A stretch of 64,000 bases of DNA, from assembly GCA_002709565.1 (NCBI GenBank), contig PAPY01000031.1, positions 71-64,070 on the forward strand, written 5' to 3'. The DNA is from Legionellales bacterium (GTDB taxonomy: Bacteria; Pseudomonadota; Gammaproteobacteria; UBA1113). The notes under the pieces were generated by a model that saw only the letters and a program-made list of their open reading frames with translations, did not search any database and was not told where the DNA came from. This document shows, one piece after another, positions 48,782 through 58,244 of this stretch (its first letter is position 1; every line of letters starts with the position of its first letter). A program made the position numbers and the translations under genes.

Positions 48782-49672
48782 CTACCCCACATCCTCACCG
48801 GATGGGGCGCCATCGGTTAGCCGGCCGGGCTTGGTTTCGGGGTTAGCCACGGCGGGGCGCCATTCGTTGGCATTGGTGTTCAATTGCGGTTTGGCCGTGA
48901 TTCTGAGCATCTTATCATCAATACTGAGGGAGTTACCGTCACCGGTGATGCCTAAACGGGTTTTGGCTACAAACGGCCTTGAGACCATATTTTCATTCAA
49001 AAGTTTACGATAGAGCACCATGCCTTGATAATCTCGGCGCAGACGAGCTAAATTCTCGGCAAAGATGGTATTGCCTTGTTCGGTGCCTTGGTCCCAACCC
49101 ATTTGTACGAAATGTTTCCAAATGGCTACTTCCATATCATCTCTTGGCAATAACGTAGCGTCGGGGACATCGGGCTTCTCGAAATTCATCCAAATATAAT
49201 CCCGCCAATTGGGAGGGGCTGTGACAAAGCGGGCTTGCTGGGCAATAGTATAACTGCGATCAGCCACACGGATAGTGTCGCCACCGTCAGTTAAGTTCAG
49301 CATATTACGTCCAGTGACTAATACCGGCGGTAATACTTCGTTCTCTAGCATTAATGGTCTAAAGTCGAACACTTTGTTGAGCTTGCCGGTGTTTTTTTCC
49401 AGCATAGCATTGATTTCTTCGGTGCGTAGAGCCAAGGCCCCCTGGGCGCCGACGGTCATAGCAGCATCTTTAAGGGCTTGTTTACGGATGGCATTGAGGC
49501 CGCTCTTGGAGTCGACTTTGATTTTGACTTGGTGTAGATCTTTTAGGTCATTAATATTAGAGGTATCTGCAGGATTGGGTGAGTAGGTGGTGATTTCGCG
49601 GGTAGAGGCGCACCCAGTCAGCATCAGAAATAACAGGCCGGTAACGAGAACTCTGAGGATCATGTTTACCAC
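48782..49672 (-). CDS. dotC: Dot/Icm outer-membrane lipoprotein DotC
   Basis: Lipoprotein signal (LMLTGCAST). 296 aa. Its position is between dotB and dotD, as in dotDCB operons. Confidence 0.85.
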   Translation of the reverse strand: MVNMILRVLVTGLLFLMLTGCASTREITTYSPNPADTSNINDLKDLHQVKIKVDSKSGLNAIRKQALKDAAMTVGAQGALALRTEEINAMLEKNTGKLNKVFDFRPLMLENEVLPPVLVTGRNMLNLTDGGDTIRVADRSYTIAQQARFVTAPPNWRDYIWMNFEKPDVPDATLLPRDDMEVAIWKHFVQMGWDQGTEQGNTIFAENLARLRRDYQGMVLYRKLLNENMVSRPFVAKTRLGITGDGNSLSIDDKMLRITAKPQLNTNANEWRPAVANPETKPGRLTDGAPSGEDVG

Positions 49673-49675
49673 CTG

Positions 49676-50158
49676 TTAGGTCTGCTTGTAGCGTAATTCG
49701 ATGGTATGGGTATTCGGGAATACCACAATACTGGCGCGTTTACCCACTTGATAACCGGCATTTCGCAAAATGTCACCGATGGGCATATTACTTTCGCTGA
49801 TAGAGACGATCACTGGGATGGCTGGCTCACGGCCCAAGACTTTGACTTTGTAGCCGGTGGAGTCTGCAACTTGGTGTAAGAAAGGCTCAACTGGGCCAGT
49901 CCAGTTAATGGAGACTAAGTTCGCCATGCCATAGGTGGCAGGATCAGGTGGCTGAAACGTATTGGGTGGCGGTGTGGTCGCTTCTTGAATTTCGCCGAGC
50001 TTCTGTAATGATTGGCTCACAGATTGTGCAGCTTCAGCCAGTTTTGCCTCCGCCGGATCGGCCGTGCGGGGGTTATTGGCGGTAGGTGCGACTTTGTCGG
50101 TTGAACAGCCACCGAGGCAGAGGATGGCACAGATTGTAATGACACACTTATAGTTCAT
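49676..50158 (-). CDS. dotD: Dot/Icm lipoprotein DotD
   Basis: 160 aa. Lipobox LCLGGCST. It is the first gene of the dotDCB unit, with a 4-bp gap to dotC. Confidence 0.85.
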   Translation of the reverse strand: MNYKCVITICAILCLGGCSTDKVAPTANNPRTADPAEAKLAEAAQSVSQSLQKLGEIQEATTPPPNTFQPPDPATYGMANLVSINWTGPVEPFLHQVADSTGYKVKVLGREPAIPVIVSISESNMPIGDILRNAGYQVGKRASIVVFPNTHTIELRYKQT

Positions 50159-50329
50159 CGCTTCCTGCTACAAAGGATATTGATTAAAGCATTGAAGCAA
50201 GTTGGTTAGATAATGTCAAGATAGCGTAGCATGTTTCGACGTTGTTACGTATACTTAAATATGGTTGCAGCACTTGCCTTTTTACTGAGGAGGTGCGTTG
50301 CTTGAGGTAACAACGAGTAGGTTTATAGC

Positions 50330-50605
50330 ATGGCCGTAAAAGTCATCCAATCCCATTGGCGAGATTCCGCGCGAGTTGCGCGATTATTTATCATGGATGC
50401 TAGGGCCGCTTTTCCTCTGTTATTGTTCCTGGTGCATATTCGACTCTGGAGTTTTGCTTTAGCGTTGATAGCGACCTTAGCCTTTGCGGCGCTAGAGTAT
50501 TTTGGTTTTACCGTCGTGATTTATGGTCGCATGATTCGAACTTATCTGGCGGGCAAACGCAAATTCGCTCGTCCTTGGTGGCGAGAAGATAACTTACGGT
50601 GGTGA
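50330..50605 (+). CDS. icmT: Dot/Icm protein IcmT
   Basis: 91 aa with two TM segments. The HWRDSAR...FxxDARAAFPxxxFLxHIRLW motif series matches IcmT. Confidence 0.85.
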   Translation: MAVKVIQSHWRDSARVARLFIMDARAAFPLLLFLVHIRLWSFALALIATLAFAALEYFGFTVVIYGRMIRTYLAGKRKFARPWWREDNLRW

Positions 50606-50609
50606 TGGG

Positions 50610-50948
50610 ATGGAAATGAGCAAAAAGCTGGCCAAAGTTGCCGGCGCCATGAACGCAAATTTTACTCTCAATGATAAACCTATCAAGGTTGAAGAAGTCT
50701 TTGCGCCAACCGGATTATTACCTGCTATTTGTCGCCGTGCAGATCAGCTCTGCTCCTTGTGTCTTGGTTATGGCATTGGGATCTCATTCGAGGAGTCGGA
50801 GGGTTCTCTGCTTGGCGTACAAGTGGTTTTTGATGATGTAACACCAGATATTCTACGTTATCTCTGTGTGGTGGATGTGCTGAAGGAATTGATCCAATCC
50901 TCACCGACGCCGGGGGTAACACCGTTGGATGAATTGATGTATGACTAG
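50610..50948 (+). CDS. icmS: Dot/Icm chaperone IcmS
   Basis: 112 aa with strong similarity to IcmS (ETGLLPAIxKRADQLCSLCLGYG...TPLDELMYD). Confidence 0.9.
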   Translation: MEMSKKLAKVAGAMNANFTLNDKPIKVEEVFAPTGLLPAICRRADQLCSLCLGYGIGISFEESEGSLLGVQVVFDDVTPDILRYLCVVDVLKELIQSSPTPGVTPLDELMYD

Positions 50949-50961
50949 GGCCGTGTAAACG

Positions 50962-51279
50962 ATGACAAGCTTAGCAGAACTCAATACAAAAGAGTCTATC
51001 ACCACCGGTGAAGCTGCTGTGGCTGCAAAAGAATTAGTGGCAAAGTACTTGCGGGTGCTTGGTAATGTGTTAGATATCAAAACCAATGTCAGCGAAGATG
51101 AGGCGAGCTTTTTTCAGCGTCGTCGTCGTGCATTAACCACCGAGGAAACCGAAGGTGCTAGTGCCCGGCGCAGTAGCAATACGGAGTTACTGCAAGAATT
51201 ACAACGGGTATTACAAGAATTAGAAGCCAACATCAATAAAGTTGAACGCTACATGATAAAAAAACGAGCGAGCTTTTAG
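50962..51279 (+). CDS. IcmR-like FIR protein (functional homolog of IcmR; a hypervariable gene between icmS and icmQ)
   Basis: 105 aa. Predicted helical/coiled-coil. It occupies the syntenic slot of icmR and coxigA. Confidence 0.6.
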   Translation: MTSLAELNTKESITTGEAAVAAKELVAKYLRVLGNVLDIKTNVSEDEASFFQRRRRALTTEETEGASARRSSNTELLQELQRVLQELEANINKVERYMIKKRASF

Positions 51280-51286
51280 ATAGATT

Positions 51287-51907
51287 ATGAGTATTGAAGA
51301 TTGGGACGATCCCAAGGTAAATCGCAAATTGATTCAGTTTCTTGATGAAGCGATTCAAGGTTGCGAGCAAGCCTACGAAGGCCATTCACGTTCCTTCGCA
51401 GTTATCTTGTCCGATCTCGAAAAGCTACGCATGATTTGTGGTGAGAAATTAAGCCTCAGCGAAGGCGTACCAGCCAAGGCAACGACTGAACGAACTGCAG
51501 TCAATCTAGCAACACAAGCTGAACTTGAGAAGCAAACTGTTTACGTGCGCTTATTCCACAAAGATATGACGACCTTGAATAGTCCTAATCCGGCTACCGG
51601 CTGGATCAAACCATTGTTCGAGTCTATCAAGTTAGCCGAGAAACATGGCCTTGCGATTTATGAAGATGAAGACAATGCCCGCAAAAGTCTAAAAGACGAT
51701 CGTTACGGTTATGTTGAGGTAACTATCATGCCGGAGCAGGACATCACAGATAAGCGCCCCCCTAAGCAAGATACAGCACAGGGTTGTACCTTGTTAACGG
51801 TAGAAAATATTCAGGTCGACCAGATGAAGCGTTTTCATCATCAGGGGGTGGATTATCCAATTATTGGTGGGGTATTGCAGACCCCGAATAAAGGGACAAG
51901 TAATTAA
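51287..51907 (+). CDS. icmQ: Dot/Icm protein IcmQ
   Basis: 206 aa. The C-terminal LLTVENIQVDQMKRFHHQGVDY parallels the IcmQ C-terminal NAD-binding-like domain. Position after the FIR gene. Confidence 0.8.
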   Translation: MSIEDWDDPKVNRKLIQFLDEAIQGCEQAYEGHSRSFAVILSDLEKLRMICGEKLSLSEGVPAKATTERTAVNLATQAELEKQTVYVRLFHKDMTTLNSPNPATGWIKPLFESIKLAEKHGLAIYEDEDNARKSLKDDRYGYVEVTIMPEQDITDKRPPKQDTAQGCTLLTVENIQVDQMKRFHHQGVDYPIIGGVLQTPNKGTSN

Positions 51908-51976
51908 GGAATCGCTAAGCGAGCTTAGTAACAAGTGTTGATATACTTAATTGTATACAAGATGTAAGGTAAATTA

Positions 51977-53092
51977 ATGGCAGCGGCACAACAACAAAAT
52001 CCATCTGACAACTCCATGGGGCTCCTTTGGATCATGATCGCCATTGTAGTGTTTGGTTTGTTGGCCTGGTATTTTTTCCACGAATATATTATTGCGGGCT
52101 TCATGGCTGTGAAGTTAGCGGAAGTGTCTTTCATCAGTATTTTCAGTGATAGTATTGAACAAACCCGCCAAGCGTTGCTTAATACGCCATTACGTAAAAT
52201 CAGCTTGCAAGGGGCTGTCACGGTGAGTCGGGAAGTGGGTGATTATTTAAAATACCCGGTGGCTATTATTCTTGGAGTGTTAGCCGCTATTATTTATGGT
52301 TCTAGTACCGGTTCTAAATTTAAAACCATCCACAATATGAAGACCCTCGCCGAGCAAGAAAAACAAAATTGGCCACAGATTTCAATGGTGACCAAATTAG
52401 ATTTGGTGAGTGAACACATCGAAAAAGGCGATTGGGCGGTGGCTTTGACCCCTATGCAATTCGCTAAAAAATACAAATTACTCAAAAAAGACAAACAAAA
52501 TATTGGCTCCAAAGGCCTGTCCAAAGATATCCAGATAGTCGTTACTGTCATTAAACCCAAAGCCACCAAAGTGTTTGCAGGACAAATTGGCCAACCTTGG
52601 CAAGGCCCCAACAAACTAAAGCCTTATGCTAAAGCATTGTTTGCGGCGTTCGCAGCCAAAGCCTGTGATGATGATGCTGGTTGTCGACGTTTGTTGAATC
52701 AGTTGGCAGAGTCCATGGGTAAGGGCAAATTAGATACCAGTGGTACCGATGAATTACTCAAAAAACACATCAACAACAAAATCATCAAAAAGGTGTTGAA
52801 TGCCCATGCTTACGAGTTAGGCATGATGGCGACGATGTTGCAGTTAGCCCGTATGGATGGGGTATTGTCATCAGCAGAATTTGTTTGGCTAAAACCAATG
52901 GATAGACCGCTATGGTTTATGTTAAATACCGTGGGCCGGCAAACCCCGTGTACCGAGATTGCTGGCCCCTATGCCCATTGGTTGGCTGAGATAGAGATCG
53001 GCAGGCGCTTATCAGTGCCGATGGTGGAAGAAGCCAGTAACGCACTAGAAGAAGCAATCAGTAAAATACGTTACACAGAGGATGAGGACTAG
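51977..53092 (+). CDS. icmP: Dot/Icm inner-membrane protein IcmP/DotM
   Basis: 371 aa. Two N-terminal TM segments and a cytoplasmic domain. Size matches DotM (~376 aa). Synteny. Confidence 0.8.
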   Translation: MAAAQQQNPSDNSMGLLWIMIAIVVFGLLAWYFFHEYIIAGFMAVKLAEVSFISIFSDSIEQTRQALLNTPLRKISLQGAVTVSREVGDYLKYPVAIILGVLAAIIYGSSTGSKFKTIHNMKTLAEQEKQNWPQISMVTKLDLVSEHIEKGDWAVALTPMQFAKKYKLLKKDKQNIGSKGLSKDIQIVVTVIKPKATKVFAGQIGQPWQGPNKLKPYAKALFAAFAAKACDDDAGCRRLLNQLAESMGKGKLDTSGTDELLKKHINNKIIKKVLNAHAYELGMMATMLQLARMDGVLSSAEFVWLKPMDRPLWFMLNTVGRQTPCTEIAGPYAHWLAEIEIGRRLSVPMVEEASNALEEAISKIRYTEDED

Positions 53093-53097
53093 TTCAT

Positions 53098-55464
53098 ATG
53101 GCAAAGTACGTCGAACGCGGTCTTGAGTCTCATCACGAACAGGACCAGCGCCAGTTAATCCGAGATACCCGTACCCTTGGGGAGCGGTTTGCGGATTTTT
53201 TTGCTGAACCGTTTAATGCAACGTTGATTCTGGCGGTGTTAGCGGGTTCTGTTTTTATTGTGCCTGCGGTAGCTGATATTGTCTTTCTCTGTGGCTTGGG
53301 ATTATTTGCATTCACCTACACCCGCAAGACAACACTCCCGTTTCGCTTGCCCCAAGTCGCGAATCGCCCCGACTATAATGATACCCAGCCCGGTACCGGC
53401 AAGCCACTCATGGCTCGGGGGATCTGTTATCTAGGCAATGAGCGCAGTGATAATGCGGAGCTGTGGTTCTCTAACGAAGACATGCGGACCCACGTCTTAA
53501 TTTTCGGCTCAACCGGTAGTGGTAAAACCGAAGCGCTGATCTCTTTTGCCTATAATGCCTTGTTGCAAGGCAGTGGTTTTATTTATATCGATGGTAAAGG
53601 TGAAAACTCTCTGTTTGCCAAAGTCTACTCCATGGCACGCCAAATGGGGCGTGAAGATGATGTATTACTCGTTAACTTCATGACCGGTGCCCGCGACGTT
53701 TTTGGTCCCCAAGCAAAACGTTTGTCTAACACTCTGAATCCTTTTGCCCGCGGTTCATCCAGTATGTTAGCCCAGCTTGTTGTGAGTTTGATGGACTCCT
53801 CTTCAGCCACACCCGACGGTGACATGTGGAAAGGTCGTGCTATTTCCTTTGTTGAGGCGTTGATGATCCTGTTGGCCCATGTTCGTGATGAAGGTCATGT
53901 ACTATTGGATGCCAATACCATTCGTAACTATTTCCACTTGCCGAAGCTCGAGCAAATTGTCGTCGATAAACAATTTCCCCTAGAAAACGGTGAAACCGTA
54001 CCGCTAGATGACGTTCCTCCAGTAGTATTAGAGCCGATCACCAACTTTGTTTTAACCTTGCCGGGGTATGATAAAGCCAAAAAAGGCAAACAAGTTTCGC
54101 AAGTGTTAGAGCAACACGGCTTCATTACCATGCAGTTAACCCGGGTATTTACCTCACTGGCGGATACCTACGGTCATATTCTACGAACGGATTTGCCCGA
54201 AGTGGATTTAAAAGATGTGGTATTAAACCGCCGAATTCTTGTCGTGCTATTACCCGCACTCGAGAAAGCACCGGAAGAATTGTCAAACTTGGGTAAGATT
54301 ATTGTCTCAACATTAAAGGCGATGATGTCATCGGGACTTGGGAGTGATGTAGAGGGTACTTATGGCGAATTAATTCGTCGTAAGCCCACCAACTCACCGA
54401 CACCATTCATGTGTATCATGGATGAGTATGGTTATTATGCCGTTGAAGGTTTCGCAGTGGTACCTGCGCAAGCACGTTCCCTGGGCTTCTCGGCGATCTT
54501 TGCCGGACAAGACTTACCCGCCTTCCAAAAAGCCTCCAAAGAAGAAGCCGCATCCATCGGCGCAAACACCAATATTAAGATCTGTATGAAGCTTGAAGAT
54601 CCGACAGAAACCTGGGAATTCTTCATGAAAACCGCCGGTGAAGCGTATGTCACAAAGGTCGATGCGTTTCAAACTAGCGCCAATAGTGTGATGAACAACT
54701 ACTTAGATACGCGCAGTGCTTCAACTGAGAAGCGCCAACGTATTGAATTAACTGACCTCAAAGAACAAGGCCTTGGTGAGGGCCACTTCTTCTTTAAATC
54801 CCGTATTATTCGCGGAAGAACATTCTATGCAGCACCGAAAGTGGTTAACTACATGCGCCTTAATCATTTTCTCAAAGTGGGTCCACCACCCAGTAAATTA
54901 TTAGTGGAGTTTGAAGGTCGCAGTAGTCGATTCATTCAAGCCTTAAAAGAACTCAAAGACTATTCGGGGGTTGAGAGTGATCTGGAAGATATTAACTTAA
55001 TGGTAGAGAAGCTCCGCAGTGATGAAGGCGGGGCTATTGAGCGTGGGGTTGAAGCTTTACTCGCGTACCATGGCCATCATACAGTGCCGGAAGTAGAAGA
55101 AGAAGTTGATGATACACCGTTGGATGAGCTTAATCTATTTGTGCCTATTCGCTTGTCTGATCCAACCATCCCGATGTTGGTGGGCGAGAACTTCGAGAGT
55201 TTTGCTGAACCCTTAGTCAAGAAAGCCGAAACCCGGGCACGAGTTGAATTCATTGAACGTCTATCGGGTAAAGTGGCAAAACATGCCAGCAGCGTGGCTA
55301 ATGAAATTATTAAAGATATGCAATTAGCGACGTTCTATCCGCCCCATATTACCAATCAACCTTCAGCTGCTGAGTTAGCTGCTAGCGTGGATGAGTTAAC
55401 AGAACATGTGGCACTCAAAATAACCAGCAAACAACAAGAAACTGACTTTAACGATGAAATCTAA
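53098..55464 (+). CDS. icmO: Dot/Icm type IV coupling protein IcmO/DotL (VirD4-like ATPase)
   Basis: 788 aa. N-terminal TM pair. Walker A GSTGSGKTE and Walker B-like motifs. Size and position match DotL. Confidence 0.9.
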   Translation: MAKYVERGLESHHEQDQRQLIRDTRTLGERFADFFAEPFNATLILAVLAGSVFIVPAVADIVFLCGLGLFAFTYTRKTTLPFRLPQVANRPDYNDTQPGTGKPLMARGICYLGNERSDNAELWFSNEDMRTHVLIFGSTGSGKTEALISFAYNALLQGSGFIYIDGKGENSLFAKVYSMARQMGREDDVLLVNFMTGARDVFGPQAKRLSNTLNPFARGSSSMLAQLVVSLMDSSSATPDGDMWKGRAISFVEALMILLAHVRDEGHVLLDANTIRNYFHLPKLEQIVVDKQFPLENGETVPLDDVPPVVLEPITNFVLTLPGYDKAKKGKQVSQVLEQHGFITMQLTRVFTSLADTYGHILRTDLPEVDLKDVVLNRRILVVLLPALEKAPEELSNLGKIIVSTLKAMMSSGLGSDVEGTYGELIRRKPTNSPTPFMCIMDEYGYYAVEGFAVVPAQARSLGFSAIFAGQDLPAFQKASKEEAASIGANTNIKICMKLEDPTETWEFFMKTAGEAYVTKVDAFQTSANSVMNNYLDTRSASTEKRQRIELTDLKEQGLGEGHFFFKSRIIRGRTFYAAPKVVNYMRLNHFLKVGPPPSKLLVEFEGRSSRFIQALKELKDYSGVESDLEDINLMVEKLRSDEGGAIERGVEALLAYHGHHTVPEVEEEVDDTPLDELNLFVPIRLSDPTIPMLVGENFESFAEPLVKKAETRARVEFIERLSGKVAKHASSVANEIIKDMQLATFYPPHITNQPSAAELAASVDELTEHVALKITSKQQETDFNDEI

Positions 55465-56428
55465 TTGGCAACCCACCGCAAGTATTAATAACTTAAAAAT
55501 TCGCGCGCAGGTACTTGCGACGATTCGGGCTTTTTTTGCTGAGCGTGATGTGCTTGAAGTCGACACACCGCTATTAAGTGCGGGCACAGTGACGGATCCG
55601 TATTTACGTTCCATGACCAGTGAATTTATTTGGGATGGTGATAGCTCTGGCAAGACCTTATATTTACAAACCTCACCAGAGTTTGCCATGAAGCGTTTAT
55701 TGGCAGCGGATAGTGGCGCTATTTATCAAATTTGTAAAGCGTTCCGTAATGGTGAAGCAGGCACACAGCACAATCCCGAATTCACGATATTGGAATGGTA
55801 TCGTCCCGGCTTTAATCATCACGATTTGATGGACGAAATGGATGCGTTATTGCAAGCTGTTTTGCAATGCCCAATGGCAGAACGCCTAAGTTACCAAGAC
55901 GCCTTTGCGCGGCAATGTGATATCAATCCCCATAAGACGACATTGGCAGAGTTAGAAGCGGTGGCGGCAGCGTTTAAATTAACTATCACAGAGGCGTTCA
56001 ATAGAGATGACAAAGACAGTTGGCTGGATTTGTTGATGAGTCATGTTATCGAGCAAGATCTCGGTCGTGATGGGCCCTGTTTTATTTACGATTATCCTGC
56101 GAGTCAAGCAGCACTTGCTAAAGTTCGACAAGATACTATTCCAGTCGCAGAGCGTTTTGAAGTCTATATCAATGGTGTTGAACTGGCTAATGGTTTCCAT
56201 GAATTAACCGACAGTAGTGAGCAAGCAACACGCTTTCGTCAAGATTTGGCGAAGCGCCAGCAGCTTGGTCTAGAACAGGTGCCTATCGACAATAACCTAT
56301 TGGATGCATTGCAACACGGCCTCCCCGATTGCGCCGGCGTTGCTCTCGGCATTGACCGCCTCGTCATGCTCGCCTGCAACACTTGCAACATCCGCGACGT
56401 GCTAAGCTTTCCGTTGGAGCGGGCATAA
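55454..56428 (+). CDS. epmA: Elongation factor P--(R)-beta-lysine ligase (EpmA/PoxA/GenX)
   Basis: Class II aaRS-like motifs and end-to-end similarity to E. coli EpmA (WQPSAS..NL..RA.....R.FF..R.VLEV.TP..S..TVTD...RLLxA). Its start overlaps the icmO stop by 11 nt. Confidence 0.9.
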   Translation: MKSNWQPTASINNLKIRAQVLATIRAFFAERDVLEVDTPLLSAGTVTDPYLRSMTSEFIWDGDSSGKTLYLQTSPEFAMKRLLAADSGAIYQICKAFRNGEAGTQHNPEFTILEWYRPGFNHHDLMDEMDALLQAVLQCPMAERLSYQDAFARQCDINPHKTTLAELEAVAAAFKLTITEAFNRDDKDSWLDLLMSHVIEQDLGRDGPCFIYDYPASQAALAKVRQDTIPVAERFEVYINGVELANGFHELTDSSEQATRFRQDLAKRQQLGLEQVPIDNNLLDALQHGLPDCAGVALGIDRLVMLACNTCNIRDVLSFPLERA

Positions 56429-56515
56429 CTAAATACCTGTTCGCTGTTTGCAATCTGTTTAAACTAGAATATACTTGAACTCATTTAACTGTCACATAGA
56501 TGATAGGGAGTCGCA

Positions 56516-57937
56516 ATGTTCACTACAGTTGAAGAATTAAAGAAAATCATTTCTCAGGGTGAGTCTAGAACACTTGAGTTTAAGAAATCCACAGCGCAGT
56601 TATCCGATGGTTGTAAGTCATTATGTGGATTTCTTAATGGTGAAGGTGGTACATTAATTTTCGGTGTGTCAGACAATCATAAAATAATAGGCCAAAAAGT
56701 CAATGATAAGACTAAGCTTGATCTTGACAGCAGACTTACTCATATTCAACCAAAGCCTAGATTAGATATAAGCTATTTTCCAGTTCCAGCAACCGATAAC
56801 CAGATAATTATTATTAATGCAAAGGATGATCTGCAGAAAAAGCCTTATCTTTATGATGGTAGAGCATATATTCGCTGTGAAGCGGGTAAGCGGCAAATGA
56901 CAGCTGAAGAGTTACGCTATGCAATACTCAATAATGCCGATAACTGGGGTAAATGGGATGCTCGTGTATGCCAGGATGCAACATTAGATGATATTGATGT
57001 TAATGAGCTACTTGGTACCATCCGTGAAGGCGTCGGAAATGGACGTTTACCTGAGGACGCTGCAACAGTTGATCCTTGGGAGGCGCTTCAACACCTTGAT
57101 CTTGTCAAAGATAATCAGCTAATCAACGCTGCAGTGGTTTTATTTGGTAAAAAAATTAGTCGATTTTTCCCTCAATGCAATTTGCGCCTTGCCCGTTTTA
57201 AGGGGATAAATAAAGATGAGTTTATCGATAGTAAATACATTGATGGTAATGCCTTTGAATTATTGAGAAGTGCGCTGCGTTTTGCCAATCAGCATTTGCC
57301 CGTCGCAAGTACATTCCCGAGTAATTCCTTTGAACGGCATGATGAACCACTATTCCCAATAATAGCCTTACGAGAGGCCATTGCAAATGCAATTTGTCAC
57401 CGTAATTATACTGAAATTGGCGGCAGTATTAGTATGGCTATCTATGATGATAGAATTGAAATCTGGAGTTATGGTCTTTTGGCGCCGGGCGTGGATGTTA
57501 ATAAATTGTGCGAGCTTAATCAATCTATCCCACGTAATCGTCATGTTGCTAGCGCCCTTTATTATCATAAATACTTTGAGAAATGGGGACGTGGGGTCAA
57601 TCTTATTACCAATTCGTGCGTCAACGCTGGTCACCCCGCTCCGTATTATCAGATCAATACTGCTGGGGTTTTATTAACCTTACCCTCAAAGCAGTTAATT
57701 GGTGGTGGACACATTGTTACTCAGCCTCAATGTACATTGACTGAGAGACAACAGGCTATCATGGCTTTATTGAATTCCAGTAATGGTTTATCTACATCAG
57801 AGATTCATCAGCAACTTGATGATCCACCCTCTGAGAGAACAATACGAGAAGATCTTGATATTCTTCATAAAGCTGGAAAGCTTATTCTACAAGGTAAGAC
57901 TAGAGGTCGCAGATGGTATTTGATTAAATCTGAGTAG
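56516..57937 (+). CDS. AlbA_2 (Schlafen-like) plus HATPase_c_4 domain protein with a C-terminal wHTH; putative ATP-binding transcriptional regulator
   Basis: N-terminal ESRTLEFKKS...GEGGTLIFGV motif of AlbA_2/AAA_4-like DNA-binding domains. The central region resembles HATPase_c_4. The C-terminal ~70 aa is helix-turn-helix-like. Confidence 0.55.
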   Translation: MFTTVEELKKIISQGESRTLEFKKSTAQLSDGCKSLCGFLNGEGGTLIFGVSDNHKIIGQKVNDKTKLDLDSRLTHIQPKPRLDISYFPVPATDNQIIIINAKDDLQKKPYLYDGRAYIRCEAGKRQMTAEELRYAILNNADNWGKWDARVCQDATLDDIDVNELLGTIREGVGNGRLPEDAATVDPWEALQHLDLVKDNQLINAAVVLFGKKISRFFPQCNLRLARFKGINKDEFIDSKYIDGNAFELLRSALRFANQHLPVASTFPSNSFERHDEPLFPIIALREAIANAICHRNYTEIGGSISMAIYDDRIEIWSYGLLAPGVDVNKLCELNQSIPRNRHVASALYYHKYFEKWGRGVNLITNSCVNAGHPAPYYQINTAGVLLTLPSKQLIGGGHIVTQPQCTLTERQQAIMALLNSSNGLSTSEIHQQLDDPPSERTIREDLDILHKAGKLILQGKTRGRRWYLIKSE

Positions 57938-57992
57938 TTATTTTCAAGCACTATGGGATAATTATACCTGAATAATACGTGTTAATTTTGTT

Positions 57993-58042
57993 TATCTGGA
58001 AGTATCTGGAAGTATCTGGAAGTATCTGGAAGTATCTGGAAG
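57993..58042. repeat. Five perfect tandem copies of a 10-bp unit, TATCTGGAAG
   Basis: Read directly from the sequence, 3' of the regulator gene. Confidence 0.9.
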
Positions 58043-58065
58043 TGGGTCTACTTTTTGAGCCATAA

Positions 58066-58210
58066 ATCCGGCTTTTCGCACCAGTCTCTTTTTGCGCATA
58101 AAAGGTAAAAACTTAACTCAAAATGCTCAGGTATTGCATATACATTCCGCTTTTTCATTAATTTTTTACCTTTTCTGCATCAAAAATAGCCCTGGTGCGA
58201 AAAGCCGGAT
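58066..58210. repeat. A 145-bp nested palindromic element (MITE-like) with 19-bp perfect terminal inverted repeats and an internal 12-bp inverted repeat
   Basis: ATCCGGCTTTTCGCACCAG (58066-58084) versus CCTGGTGCGAAAAGCCGGAT (58191-58210). Inner AAAAGGTAAAAA (58099-58110) versus TTTTTACCTTTT (58163-58174). It lies in a convergent intergenic region. Confidence 0.7.
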
Positions 58211-58244
58211 AAATCAATCAGTTAAAGCAGAGTTGCCCAAATCC

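Noticed and set aside
57993-58042. CRISPR array
   Set aside because: The 10-bp units are perfectly tandem with no spacers, far shorter than CRISPR repeats. This is a simple tandem repeat.
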